From assembly GCA_977017645.1 (NCBI GenBank), contig CDRNVU010000224.1, positions 992,001 through 1,056,000 of the forward strand: 64,000 nucleotides of DNA, written 5' to 3'. The notes below the pieces were generated by a model. It searched no databases, was not told the origin of the DNA, and saw only the letters and a list, made by a program, of their open reading frames with translations. The DNA comes from Torpedo marmorata (Eukaryota). Positions 11,334-23,300 of this stretch are shown piece after piece. A program made the position numbers and the translations under genes. Position 1 is the first letter of the stretch; the number at the start of each line of letters is the position of its first letter.

Positions 11334-14300
11334 GTGAGCGCATTCCCGGAGTGAGTCGAAACCTTGAATGATTCTGAACCCGGAATGTGTGTGTTTCTGG
11401 AGTGAGTCCGTACCCGGAGTGAGTCTGATCCCAGAGTGGTGCTGATACCGGAGTGTGTCTGTTCCCGAAGTGAATCTGTTTCCGGAGTGTGTTTGTTCAC
11501 GGAGTGACTCTGTTCCCGGAGTGAGTCTGATCCCGGAGTCAAGTAGTTCCCGGAGTGAAACAGATCCCGGAGTGAATCTGTTTCCTGGTGTGAGTCAGAT
11601 CCCAGAGCGAATCTGTTTGCTGGAGTGAGTTTGATCCCGGAGTGTCTGCTCCTGGATTGAGTCTGTTCCCGGAGGGAGTGCGAACCTGGAGTGAGTCTGT
11701 ACACGGAATGACTCTGGTCCCGTAGTGATTCTGATCTCGGAGTGTGTCAGATCCCGGAGTGAGTCTGATCACAGAGCGGTGCTAATACCGGAGTGTGTCT
11801 GTTCCCGTGTAAATATTTTTCAGGAGTGTGTCTGTTCTCAGTGTGACTCTGAACACTGAATGAATCTGATCCCGGAGTCAAGTATTTCCCGGAGTGAAAC
11901 AGATCCCGGATTCATTCCGTGTCCGGACTCACCCCAGTTGCGCACGCACTCCAGAGTGAGCGCATTCCCGGAGTGAGTCGAACCCTTGAATGATTCTGAA
12001 CCCGGATTGTGTGTGTTTCTGGAGTGAGTCCGTACCCGGAGTGAGTCTGATCCGAGAGTGATTCTAATCCCGGAGTGAACCTGATGCCAAAAGTGGTACT
12101 GATCCCGGAGTGAGTCCGTTCGCCGAGTGAATACGTTTCCCAAGTGATCCTGGTCCCGGAGTGTGTCTGAGGCATGAGTGAAATATTTTCCGGAGTGAAA
12201 CAGATCCCGGAGTGAATCTGTTTCCTGGTGTGAGTCAGTTCTCAGAGCGAGACAGTTTGCTGGAGTGAGACTGATCCCGGAGTGTCTGTTCCTGGATTGA
12301 GTCTGTTCCCGGCGTGCGTGCGAACCTGGGGTGTGTCTGTACCCAGTATGAATCTTGTCCAGGAGTGATTCTGATCCCGGAGTGTGTCTGATCCCAGAGT
12401 GGTTCTGAATCCGGAGTGTGTCTGTTCCCCGAGTGAATCTGTTTCCGGAGTGTGTCTGTTCTCGGAGTGACTCTGTTCCCGGAGTGCGTCTGATCCCGGA
12501 GTCAAGGAGTTCCCAGAGTGAAACGGATCCCGGAGTGAATCTGTTTCCTTGTGTGTCAAATCCCACAGCGAGTCTGTTTGCTGGAAAGCGTCTGTTCCCG
12601 GACTGTGTTTGATAATGGATTGAGTCTGTTCCCGGTGTGTGTCTGATCGCAGAGTGGTACTGATCCTGGAATGAGTCCGTAACCGGAATGAATCTGATCC
12701 CGGAGTGAATCTGAACCCAACGTGGTACTGTTCCCGGAGTGAGCCTGAACACGGATTGAGACTTTTTCTAAAGTGTGTTCGTACTGAGAGTGAGTCTGTT
12801 CCCGAGTTCAGTCGGGCGACAGAGTGAGTCTTTTCCGGAGTGAGCGTGATCCTGGATTGAGTCCCAAACCGGAATGAGGCTGATCCCAGAGTGCTACTGA
12901 TCCCGGAGTGTGTCTGTTCCCCAAGTGAATCTGTTCCGGAGAGATTCTTTTATCGGAGTGAATCTGTTCCCGGAATGAGTCTGATGCAGGAGTGAAATAG
13001 TTCCCGGAGTGAAACAGATCCCGGAGTGAATCTGTTTCCTGGTGTGAGTCAGATCCCAGAGCGAGCATGTTTTCTGGAGTGAGTCTGATCCCGGTGTGAG
13101 TCTGTTCCTGGATTGTCTGTTACCGGAGTTTGTGAGATCCTGGAGTGTGAACCTGGAGTGAGCGCATTCCCGGATTGAGTCTGAGGCATGAGTGAAATAG
13201 TTCCCGGAGTGAAAAAGACCCCGGAGTGAATCTATTTCCTGGTGTGAGTCAGATCCCAGAGCGAGTCTGTTTGCTGGAGTGAGTCTGATCCCGGAGTGTC
13301 TGTTCCTGGATTGAGTCTGTTCCCGGAGGGAGTGCGAACCTGGAGTGAGTCTGTACACGGAATGACTCTGGTCCCGAAGTGATTCTGATCCCGGAGTGAG
13401 TCAGATCCCTGAGTGAGTCTGATCACAGAGCGGTGCTAATACCGGAGTGTGTCTGTTCCCGAGTAAATATTTTTCAGGAGTGTGTCTGTTCTCAGAGTGA
13501 TTCTGAACCCTGAATGAGTCTGATCCCGGAGTAAAGTATTTCCCGGAGTGAAACAGATCCCGGATTCAATCCGTGTACAGACTCACCCCAGTTGCGCATC
13601 CACTCCAGAGTGAGCGCATTCCCGGAGTGAGTCGAACCCTTGAATGATTCTGAACCCGGATTGTGTGTGTTTCTGGAGTGAGTCCGTACCCGGAGTGAGT
13701 CTGATCCGAGAGTGATTCTAATCCCGGTGTGAACCTGATGCGAAAGTGGTACTGATCCCGAAGTGAGTCCGTTCGCCGAGTGAATACGTTTCCCGAGTGA
13801 GCCTGGTCCCGGAGTGTGTCAGAGGCATGAGTGAAATATTTTCCGGAGTGAAACAGATCCCGGAGTGAATCTGTTTCCTGGTGTGAGTCAGATCCCAGAG
13901 CGAGTCTGTTTGCTGGAGTGAGTTTGATCCCGGAGTGTCTGTTCCTGGATTGAGTCTGTTCCCGGAGGGAGTGCGAACCTGGAGTGAGTCTGTACACGGA
14001 ATGACTCTGGTCCCGAAGTGATTCTGATCCCGGAGTGTGTCAGATCCCGGAGTGAGTCTGATCACAGAGCGGTGCTAATACCGGAGTGTGTCTGTTCCCG
14101 AGTAAATATTTTTCAGGAGTGTGTCTGTTCTCAGTGTGACTCTGAACCCTGAATGAGTCTGATCCCGGAGTCAAGTATTTCCCGGAGTGAAACTGATCCC
14201 GGATTCATTCCGTGTACGGACTCACCCCAGTTGCGCACGCACTCCAGAGTGAGCGCATTCCCGGAGTGAGTCGAACCCTTGAATTATTCTGAACCCGGAT

Positions 14301-17300
14301 TGTGTGTGTTTCTGGAGTGAGTTCGTTCCCGGAGTGAGTCTGAGGCATGAGTGAAATAGTTCTCGGTGTGAAACAGATCCCGGAGTGAATCTGTTCCCTG
14401 GTGTGGGTCAGATCCCAGAGCGCGTCTGTTTGCTGGTGTGAGTCTGATCCCGGAGTGTCTGTTGCTGGAGGGAGTGCGAACCTGGAGTGAGTCTGTCCCC
14501 GGAATAACTGGTCCCGGAGTGATTCTGATCCCGGAGTGAGTGTGATTCTGATCCCGGAGTGAGTCTGATCCCAGAGTGCTGATACCGGAGTGTGTCCGTT
14601 CCCCGAGTAAATATTTTCCAGGAGTCTCTCTGTTCTCAGAGTGACTCTGAACCCTGAGTGAGTCTGATCCCGGAGTCAAGTAGTCCCCGGAGTGAAGCCG
14701 ATCCCTGCGTGAATCTGTTTCCTGGTCTGAGTCAGATCCCAGAGTGAGTCAATTTTCTGGAGTGAGTTTGATACCCGAGTAAGTTTTTTTTCCTGGATTG
14801 ATTCTGTTCCCGCAATCAGTCCGACGCCAGAGTGGGTCTGCTCCCGGAGTGAGCGTGATCCTGGAGTGAGTCCGTAACCGGTATGAATCTGATCCCGGAG
14901 TGATTCTGATCTCAGAGTGAGTCTGATCCCAGAGTGCTACTGATCCCTGAGTGAGACAGTTCCCCAAGTGAATATTTTTCCGGAGTGTGTCTGATCTCGG
15001 AGTGACTCTGTTCCCGGAGTGAGTCTGATCCCGCAGTCAAGTATTTCCCGGAGTGAAACAGATCCCGGATTCATTCCGTGTACGGACTCACCCCAGTTGC
15101 GCACGCACTCCGGAGTGAGCGCATTCCCGGAGTGAGACGAAACCTTGAATGATTCTGAACCCGGATTGTGTGTGTTTCTGGAGTGAGTCCGTACCCGGAG
15201 TGAGTCTGATCCCAGAGTGGTGCTGATACCGGAGTGTGTCTGTTCCCGGAGTGAATCTGTTCCGGAGTGTGTCTGTTCACGGAGTGACTCTGTTCCCGGA
15301 GTGAGTCTGATGCCGGAGTCAAATATTTCCCGGAGTGAAACAGATCCCGAAGTGAACCTGTTTCCTGGTGTGAGTCAGATCCCAGAGCGAGTATGTTTGC
15401 TGGAGTGAGTCTGATCCCGGTGTGAGTCTTTTCCTGGATTGTCTGTTGCCGGAGATTGTGTGATGCTGGGTTGAGTCTGGTCCTGGAGTGTGTGTGAACC
15501 TGGAGTGAGTGCATTCCCGGAGCGTGTCTATATCTTGAGTGATTCTGAACCAGGATTGTATCTGTTACTGGAGTGAGTCGGTACCCGGAGTGAGGCTGAT
15601 CCCAGAGTGAGTCTTTTCCCGGAGTGATAATGTAGCCAGAGTGAGTCTGTTCCCGGAGTTAGTGTGTCCCTGGATTAAGTCTGTTGCCGGAGCGAGTGTG
15701 ATCCTGGATTGATTCTGTTCCTGGAATGAGTGTGGACCAGGAGTGAGCGCATTACCGGAGTGAGTCTATCCTTGAATGATTCTGAAACGGATTGTGTGTG
15801 TTTCTGGAGTGGGTCCGTACCCAGAGTGAGTCTGACCCCAGAGTGACTCTAATCCCGGAGTGATTCTGATGCCAAAGTTTTATGATCCCGGAGTGAGTCC
15901 GTTCGCCGAGTAAATCCGTTTCCGGAGTGAGTCTGTTCCCGCAGTGAGTCTGAGGCATGAGTGAAATATTTTCCGGAGTGAAACAGATCCCGGAGTGAAT
16001 CTATTTCCTGGCGTGAGTCAGATCCCAGAGCGAGTCTGTTTGCTGGAGTGAGTCTGATCCCGGAGTGTCTGTTCCTGGATTGAGTCTGTTCCCGGAGGGA
16101 GTGCGAACCTGGAGTGAGTCTGTACACGGAATGACTCTGGTCCCGAAGTGATTCTGATCCCGGAGTGTGTCAGATCCCGGAGTGAGTCTGATCACAGAGC
16201 GGTGCTAATTCCGGAGTGTGTCTGTTCCCGAGTAAATATTTTTCAGGAGTGTGTCTGTTCTCAGAGTGATTCTGAACCCTTAATGAGTCTGATCCCGGAG
16301 TCAAGTATTTCCCGGAGTGAAACAGATCCCGGATTCATTCCGTGTACGGACTCACCCCAGTTGCGCACGCACTCCAGACTGAGCGCATTCCCGGAGTGAG
16401 TCGAACCCTTGAATGATTCTGAACCCGGATTGTGTGTGTTTCTAGAGTGAGTCCGTTCCCGGAGTGAGTCTGAGGCATGAGTGAAATAGTTCTCGGTGTG
16501 AAACAGATCCCGGAGTGAATCTGTTCCCTGGTGTGGGTCAGATCCCAGAGCGCGTCTGTTTGCTGGTGTGAGTGTGATCCCGGAGTGTCTGTTGCTGGAG
16601 GGAGTGCGAACCTGGAGTGAGTCTGTCCCCGGAATAACTGATTCCGGAGTGATTCTGATCCCGGAGCGAGTGTGATTCTGATCCCGGAGTGAGTCTGATC
16701 CCAGAGTGCTGATACCGGAGTGTGTCCGTTCCCCGAGTAAATATTTTCCAGGAGTCTCTCTGTTCTCAGAGTGACTCTGAACCCTGAGTGAGTCTGATCC
16801 CGGAGTCAAGTAGTTCCCGGAGTGAAACCGATCCCTGCGTGAATCTGTTTCCTGGTCTGAGTCAGATCCCAGAGTGAGTCAATTTTCTGGAGTGAGTTTG
16901 ATACCCGAGTAAGTTTTTTTTCCTGGATTGAGTCTGTTCCCGCATTCAGTCCGACGCCAGAGTGGGTCTGCTCCCGGAGTGAGCGTGATCCTGGAGTGAG
17001 TCCGTAACCGGTATGAATCTGATCCCGGAGTGATTCTGATCTCAGAGTGAGTCTGATCCCAGAGTGCTACTGATCCCGGAGTGAGACAGTTCCCCAAGTG
17101 AATATTTTTCCGGAGTGTGTCTGATCTCGGAGTGACTCTGTTCCCGGAGTGAGTCTGATCCCGCAGTCAAGTATTTCCCGGAGTGAAACAGATCCCGGAT
17201 TCATTCCGTGTACGGACTCACCCCAGTTGCGCACGCAATCCGGAGTGAGCGCATTCCCGGAGTGAGTCGAAACCTTGAATGATTCTGAACCCGGATTGTG

Positions 17301-20300
17301 TGTGTATCTGGAGTGAGTCCGTACCCGGAGTGAGTCTGATCCCAGAGTGGTGCTAATACCGGAGTGTGCCTGTTCCCGGAGTGAATCTGTTTCCGGAGTG
17401 TGTCTGTTCACGGAGTGACTCTGTTCCCGGAGTGAGTCTGATCCCGGAGTCAAGTAGTTCCCGGAGTGAAACAGATCCAGGAGTGAATCTGTTTCCTGGT
17501 GTGAGTCAGATCCCAGAGCGAGTCTGTTTGCTGGAGTGCGTTTGATCCCGGAGTGTCTGTTCCTGGATTGAGTCTGTTCCCGGAGGGAGTGCGAACCTGG
17601 AGTGAGTCTGTACACGGAATAACTCTGGTCCCGAAGTGATTCTGATCCCGGAGTGTGTCAGATCCCGGAGTGAGTCTGATCACAGAGCGGTGCTAATACC
17701 GGAGTGTGTCTGTTCCCGTGTAAATATTTTTCAGGAGTGTGGCTGTTCTCAGTGTGACTCTGAACCCTGAATGAGTCTGATCCCGGAGTCAAGTATTTCC
17801 CGGAGTGAAACAGATCCCGGATTCATTCCATGTACGGACTCACCCCAGTTGCGCACGCACTCCGGAGTGAGCGCATTCCCGGAGTGAGGCGAACCCTTGA
17901 ATGATTCTGAACCCGGATTGTGTGTGTTTCTGGAGTGAGTCCGTACCCGGAGTGAGTCTGATCCCAGAGTGATTCTAATCCCGGAGTGAGCCTGATGCCA
18001 AAGTGGTACTGATCCCGGAGTGAGTCCGTTCGCCGAGTGAATACGTTTCCGGAGTGAGTCTGGTCCCGGAGTGTGTCTGAGGCATGAGTGAAATATTTTA
18101 CGGAGTGAAACAGATCCCGGAGTGAATCTGTTTCCTGGAGTGCGTCAGTTCCCAGAGCGAGACTGTTTGCTGGAGTGAGACTGATCCCGGAGTGTCTGTT
18201 CCTAGATTGAGTCTGTTCCCGGAGTGCGTGCGAACCTGGGTTGAGTCTGAACCCAGAATGAATCTGGTCGCGGAGTGATTCTGATCCCGGAGTGTGTCTG
18301 ATCCCAGAGAGGTTCTGAATCCGGAGTGTGTCAGTTCCCCGAGTGAATCTGTTTCCGGAGTGTGTCTTTTCTCGGAGTGACTCTGTTCCCGGAGTTTGTC
18401 TGATCCGGGAGTCAAGGAGTTCCCAGAGTGAAACGGATCCCGGAGTGAATCTGTTTCCTTGTGTGACAAATCCCACAGCGAGTCTGTTTGCTGGAACGAG
18501 TCTGTTCCCGGACTGTGTGTGATAATGGATTGAGTCTGTTCCCGGTGTGTGTCTGATCGCAGAGTGGTACTGATCCTGGAGTGAGTCTGTAACCGGAATG
18601 AATCTGATCCCGGAGTGAATCTGAACCCAACGTGGTACTGTTCCCGGAGTGAGCCTGAACAAGGATTGAGACTTTTTCTAAAGTGTGTTCGTACTGAGAG
18701 TGAGTCTGTTCCCGAATTCAGTCGAGCGACAGAGTGAGTTTTTTCCGGAGTGAGCGTGATCCTGGAGTGAGTCCCAAACCGGAATGAAGCTGATCCCAGA
18801 GTGCTACTGATCCCGGAGTGAGTCTGTTCCCCAAGTGAATCTGTTCCGGAGAGATTCTTTTATCGGAGTGAATCTGTTCCCGGAATGAGTCTGATGCAGG
18901 AGTGAAATAGTTCCCGGAGTGAAACAGATCCCGGAGTGAATCTGTTTCCTGGTGTGAGTCAGATCCCAGAGCGAGCATGTTTTCTGGAGTGAGTCTGATC
19001 CCGGTGTGAGTCTGTTCCTGGATTGTCTGTTGCCGGAGTTTGTGTGATCCTGGAGTGTGAACCTGGAGTGAGCGCATTCCCGGATTGAGTCTGAGGCATA
19101 AGTGAAATAGTTCCCGGAGTGAAAAAGACCCCGGAGTGAATTTATTTCCTGGTGTGAGTCAGATCCCAGAGCGAGTCTGTTTGCTGGAGTGAGTCTGATC
19201 CCGGAGTGAGTCTGATCCCGGAGTCAAGTAGTTCCCGGAGTGAAACAGATCCCGGAGTGAATCTGTTTCCTGGTTTTAGTCAGATCCCAGAGCGAGTCTG
19301 TTTGCTGGAGTGAGTCTGATCCCGGAGTGTCTGTTCCTGGATTGAGTCTGTTCCCGGAGGGAGTGCGAACCTGGAGTGAGTCTGTACACGGAATGACTCT
19401 GGTCCCGAAGTGATTTTGATCCCGGGGTGAGTCAGATCCCGGAGTGAGTCTGATCACAGAGCGGTGCTAATACCGGAGTGTGTCTGTTCCCGAGTAAATA
19501 TTTTTCAGGAGTGTGTCTGTTCTCAGAGTGATTCTGAACCCTGAATGAGTCTGATCCAGGAGTCAAGTATTTCCCGGAGTGAAACAGATCCCGGATTCAT
19601 TCCGTGTACGGACTCACCCCAGTTGCGCACGCACTCCAGACTGAGCGCATTCCCGGAGTGAGTCGAACCCTTGAATGATTCTGAACCCGGATTGTGTGTG
19701 TTTCTGGAGTGAGTCCGTTCCCGGAGTGAGTCTGAGGCATGAGTGAAATAGTTCTCGGTGTGAAACAGATCCCGGAGTGAATCTGTTCCCTGGTGTGGGT
19801 CAGATCCCAGAGCGCGTCTGTTTTCTGGTGTGAGTCTGATCCCGGAGTGTCTGTTGCTGGAGGGAGTGCGAACCTGGAGTGAGTCTGTCCCCGGAATAAC
19901 TCTGGTCCCGGAGTGGTTCTGATCCCGGAGTGAGTGTGATTCTGATCCCGGAGTGAGTCTGATACCAGAGTGCTGATACCGGAGTGTGTCCGTTCCCCGA
20001 GTAAATATTTTCCAGGAGTCTCTCTGTTCTCAGAGTGACTCTGAACCCTGAGTGAGTCTGATCCCGGAGTCAAGTAGTTCCCGGAGTGAAACCGATCCCT
20101 GCGTGAATCTGTTTCCTGGTCTGAGTCAGATCCCAGAGTGAGTCAATATTCTGGAGTGAGTTTGATACCCGAGTAAGTTTTTTTTCCTGGATTGAGTCTG
20201 TTCCCGCATTCAGTCCGAAGCCAGAGTGGGTCTGCTCCCGGAGTGAGCGTGATCCTGGAGTGAGTCCGTAACCGGTATGAATCTGATCCCGGAGTGATTC

Positions 20301-23300
20301 TTATCTCAGAGTGAGTCTGATCCCAGAGTGCTACTGATCCCGGAGTGAGACAGTTCCCCAAGTGAATATTTTTCCGGAGTGTGTCTGATCTCGGAGTGAC
20401 TCTGTTCCCGGAGTGAGTCTGATCCCGGAGTCAAGTATTTCCCGGAGTGAAACAGATCCCGGATTCATTCCGTGTACGGACTCACCCCAGTTGCGCACGC
20501 ACTCCGGAGTGAGCGCATTCCCGGAGTGAGTCGAAACCTTGAATGATTCTGAACCCGGATTGTGTGTGTTTCTGGAGTGAGTCCGTACCCGGAGTGAGTC
20601 TGATCCCAGAGTGGTGCTGATACCGGAGTGTGTCTGTTCCCGGAGTGAATCTGTTTCCGGAGTGTGTCTGTTCACGGAGTGACTCTGTTCCCGGAGTGAG
20701 TCTTATACCGGAGTCAAGTATTTCCCGGAGTGAAACAGATGCCGAAGTGAACCTGTTTCCTGGTGTGAGTCAGATCCCAGAGCGAGTATGTTTGCTGGAG
20801 TGAGTCTGATCCCGGTGTGATTCTGTTCCTGGATTGTCTGTTGCCGGAGTTTGTGTGATGCTGGTTTGAGTCTGGTCCTGGAGTGTGTGTGAACCTGGAG
20901 TGAGTGCATTCCCGGAGCGTGTCTATCTATATCTTGAGTGATTCTGAACCAGGATTGTATCTGTTACTGGAGTGAGTCGGTACCCGGAGTGAGGCTGATC
21001 CCAGAGTGAGTCTTTTCCCGGAGTGATAATGTTGCCAGAGTGAGTCTGTTCCCGGAGTGAGTGTGTCCCTGGATTAAGTCTGTTGCCGGAGCGAGTGTGA
21101 TCCTGGATTGATTCAGTTCCTGGAATGAGTGTGGACCAGGAGTGAGCGCATTACCGGAGTGAGTCTATCTTTGAATGATTCTGAAACCGGATTGTGTGTG
21201 TTTCTGGAGTGGGTCCGTACCCAGAGTGAGTCTGACCCCAGAGTGACTCTAATCCCGGAGTGATTCTGATGCCAAAGTTTTATGATCCCGGAGTGAGTCC
21301 GTTCGCCGAGTAAATCCGTTTCCGGAGTGCGTCTGTTCCCGCAGTGAGTCTGAGGCATGAGTGAAATATTTTCCGGAGTGAAACAGATCCCGGAGTGAAT
21401 CTATTTCCTGGCGTGAGTCATTTCCCAGAGCGAGTCTGTTTTCTAGAGTGAATCTGATCCCGGAGTGTCTGTTCCTGGATTAAGTCTGCTCCCGAAGTGC
21501 GTGCGAACCTGGGGTGAGTCTGTACCCGGAATGACTCTGGTCCCGGAGTGATTCTGATCCCGGAGTGAGTGTGATTCTGATCCCGGCGTGAGCCTGGTCC
21601 CGGAGTGTGTCTGAGGCATGAGTGAAATATTTTCCGGAGTGAAACTGTTCCCGGAGTGAATCTGTTTCCTGGTGTGAGTCAGTTCTCAGAGCGAGACTGT
21701 TTGCTGGAGTGAGACTGATCCCGGAGTGTCTGTTCCTGGATTGAGTCTGTTCCCGGAGTGCGTGCGAACCTGGGGTGTGTCTGTACCCAGAATGAATCTT
21801 GTCCCGGAGTGATTCTGATCCCAGAGTGTGTCTGATCCCAGAGAGGTTCTGAATCCGGAGTGTGTCTGTTCCCCGAGTGAATCTGTTTCCGGAGTGTGTC
21901 TGTTCTCGGAGTGACTCTGTTCCCGGAGTGAGTCTGACCCCGGAGTCAAGGAGTTCCCAGAGTGAAACGGATCCCGGAGTGAATCTGTTACCTTGTGTGT
22001 CAAATCCCACAGAGAGTCTGTTTGCTGGAACGAGTCTGTTCCCGGACTGTGTGTGATAATGGATTGAGTCTGTTCCCGGTGTGTGTCTGATCGCAGAGTG
22101 GTACTGATCCTGGAGTGAGTCCGTAACCGGAATGAATCTGATCCCGGAGTGAATCTGAACCCAACGTGGTACTGTTCCCGGAGTGAGCCTGAACACGGAT
22201 TGAGACTTTTTCTAAAGTGTGTTCGTACTGAGAGTGAGTCTGTTCTCGAATTCAGTCGGACGACAGAGTGAGTCTTTTCCGGAGTGAGCGTGATCCTGGA
22301 GTGAGTCCCAAACCGGAATGAGCCTGATCACAGAGTGCTACTGATCCCGGAGTGAGTCTGTTCCCCACGTGAATCTGTTCCGGAGAGATTCTTTTATCGG
22401 AGTGAATCTGTTCCCGGAATGAGTCTGATGCAGGAGTGAAATAGTTCCCGGAGTGAATCAGATCCCGGAGTGAATCTGTTTCCTGGTGTGAGTCAGATCC
22501 CAGAGCGAGCATGTTTTCTGGAGTGAGTCTGATCCCGGTGTGAGTCTGTTCCTGGATTGTCTGTTGCCGGAGTTTGTGTGATCCTGGAGTGTGTACCTGG
22601 AGTGAGCGCATTCCCGGATTAAGTCTGAGGCATAAGTGAAATAGTTCCCAGAGTGAAACAGATCCCGGAGTGAATCTATTTCCTGGTGTGAGTCAGATCC
22701 CAGAGCGAGTCTGTTTGCTGGAGTGAGTCTGATACCGGAGTGTCTGTTCCTGGATTGAGTCTGTTCCCGGAGGGAGTGCGAACCTGGAGTGAGTCTGTAC
22801 ACGGAATGACTCTGGTCCCGAAGTGATTCTGATCCCGGAGTGTGTCAGATCCCTGAGTGAGTCTGATCACAGAGCGGTGCTAATACCGGAGTGTGTCTGT
22901 TCCCGAGTAAATATTTTTCAGGAGTGTGTCTGTTCTCAGAGTGATTCTGAACCCTGAATGAGTCTGATCCCGGAGTCAGGTATTTCCCGGAGTGAAACAG
23001 ATCCCGGATTCATTCCGTGTACAGACTCACCCCAGTTGCGCACGCACTCCAGAGTGAGCGCATTCCCGGAGTGAGTCGAACCCTTGAATGATTCTGAACC
23101 CGGATTGTGTGTGTTTCTGGAGTGAGTCCGTTCCCGGAGTGAGTCTGAGGCATGAGTGAAATAGTTCTCGGTGTGAAACAGATCCCGGAGTGAATCTGTT
23201 CCCTGGTGTGGGTCAGATCCCAGAGCGCGTCTGTTTGCTGGTGTGAGTCTGATCCCGGAGTGTCTTTTTCTGGAGGGAGTGCGAACCTGGAGTGAGTCTG

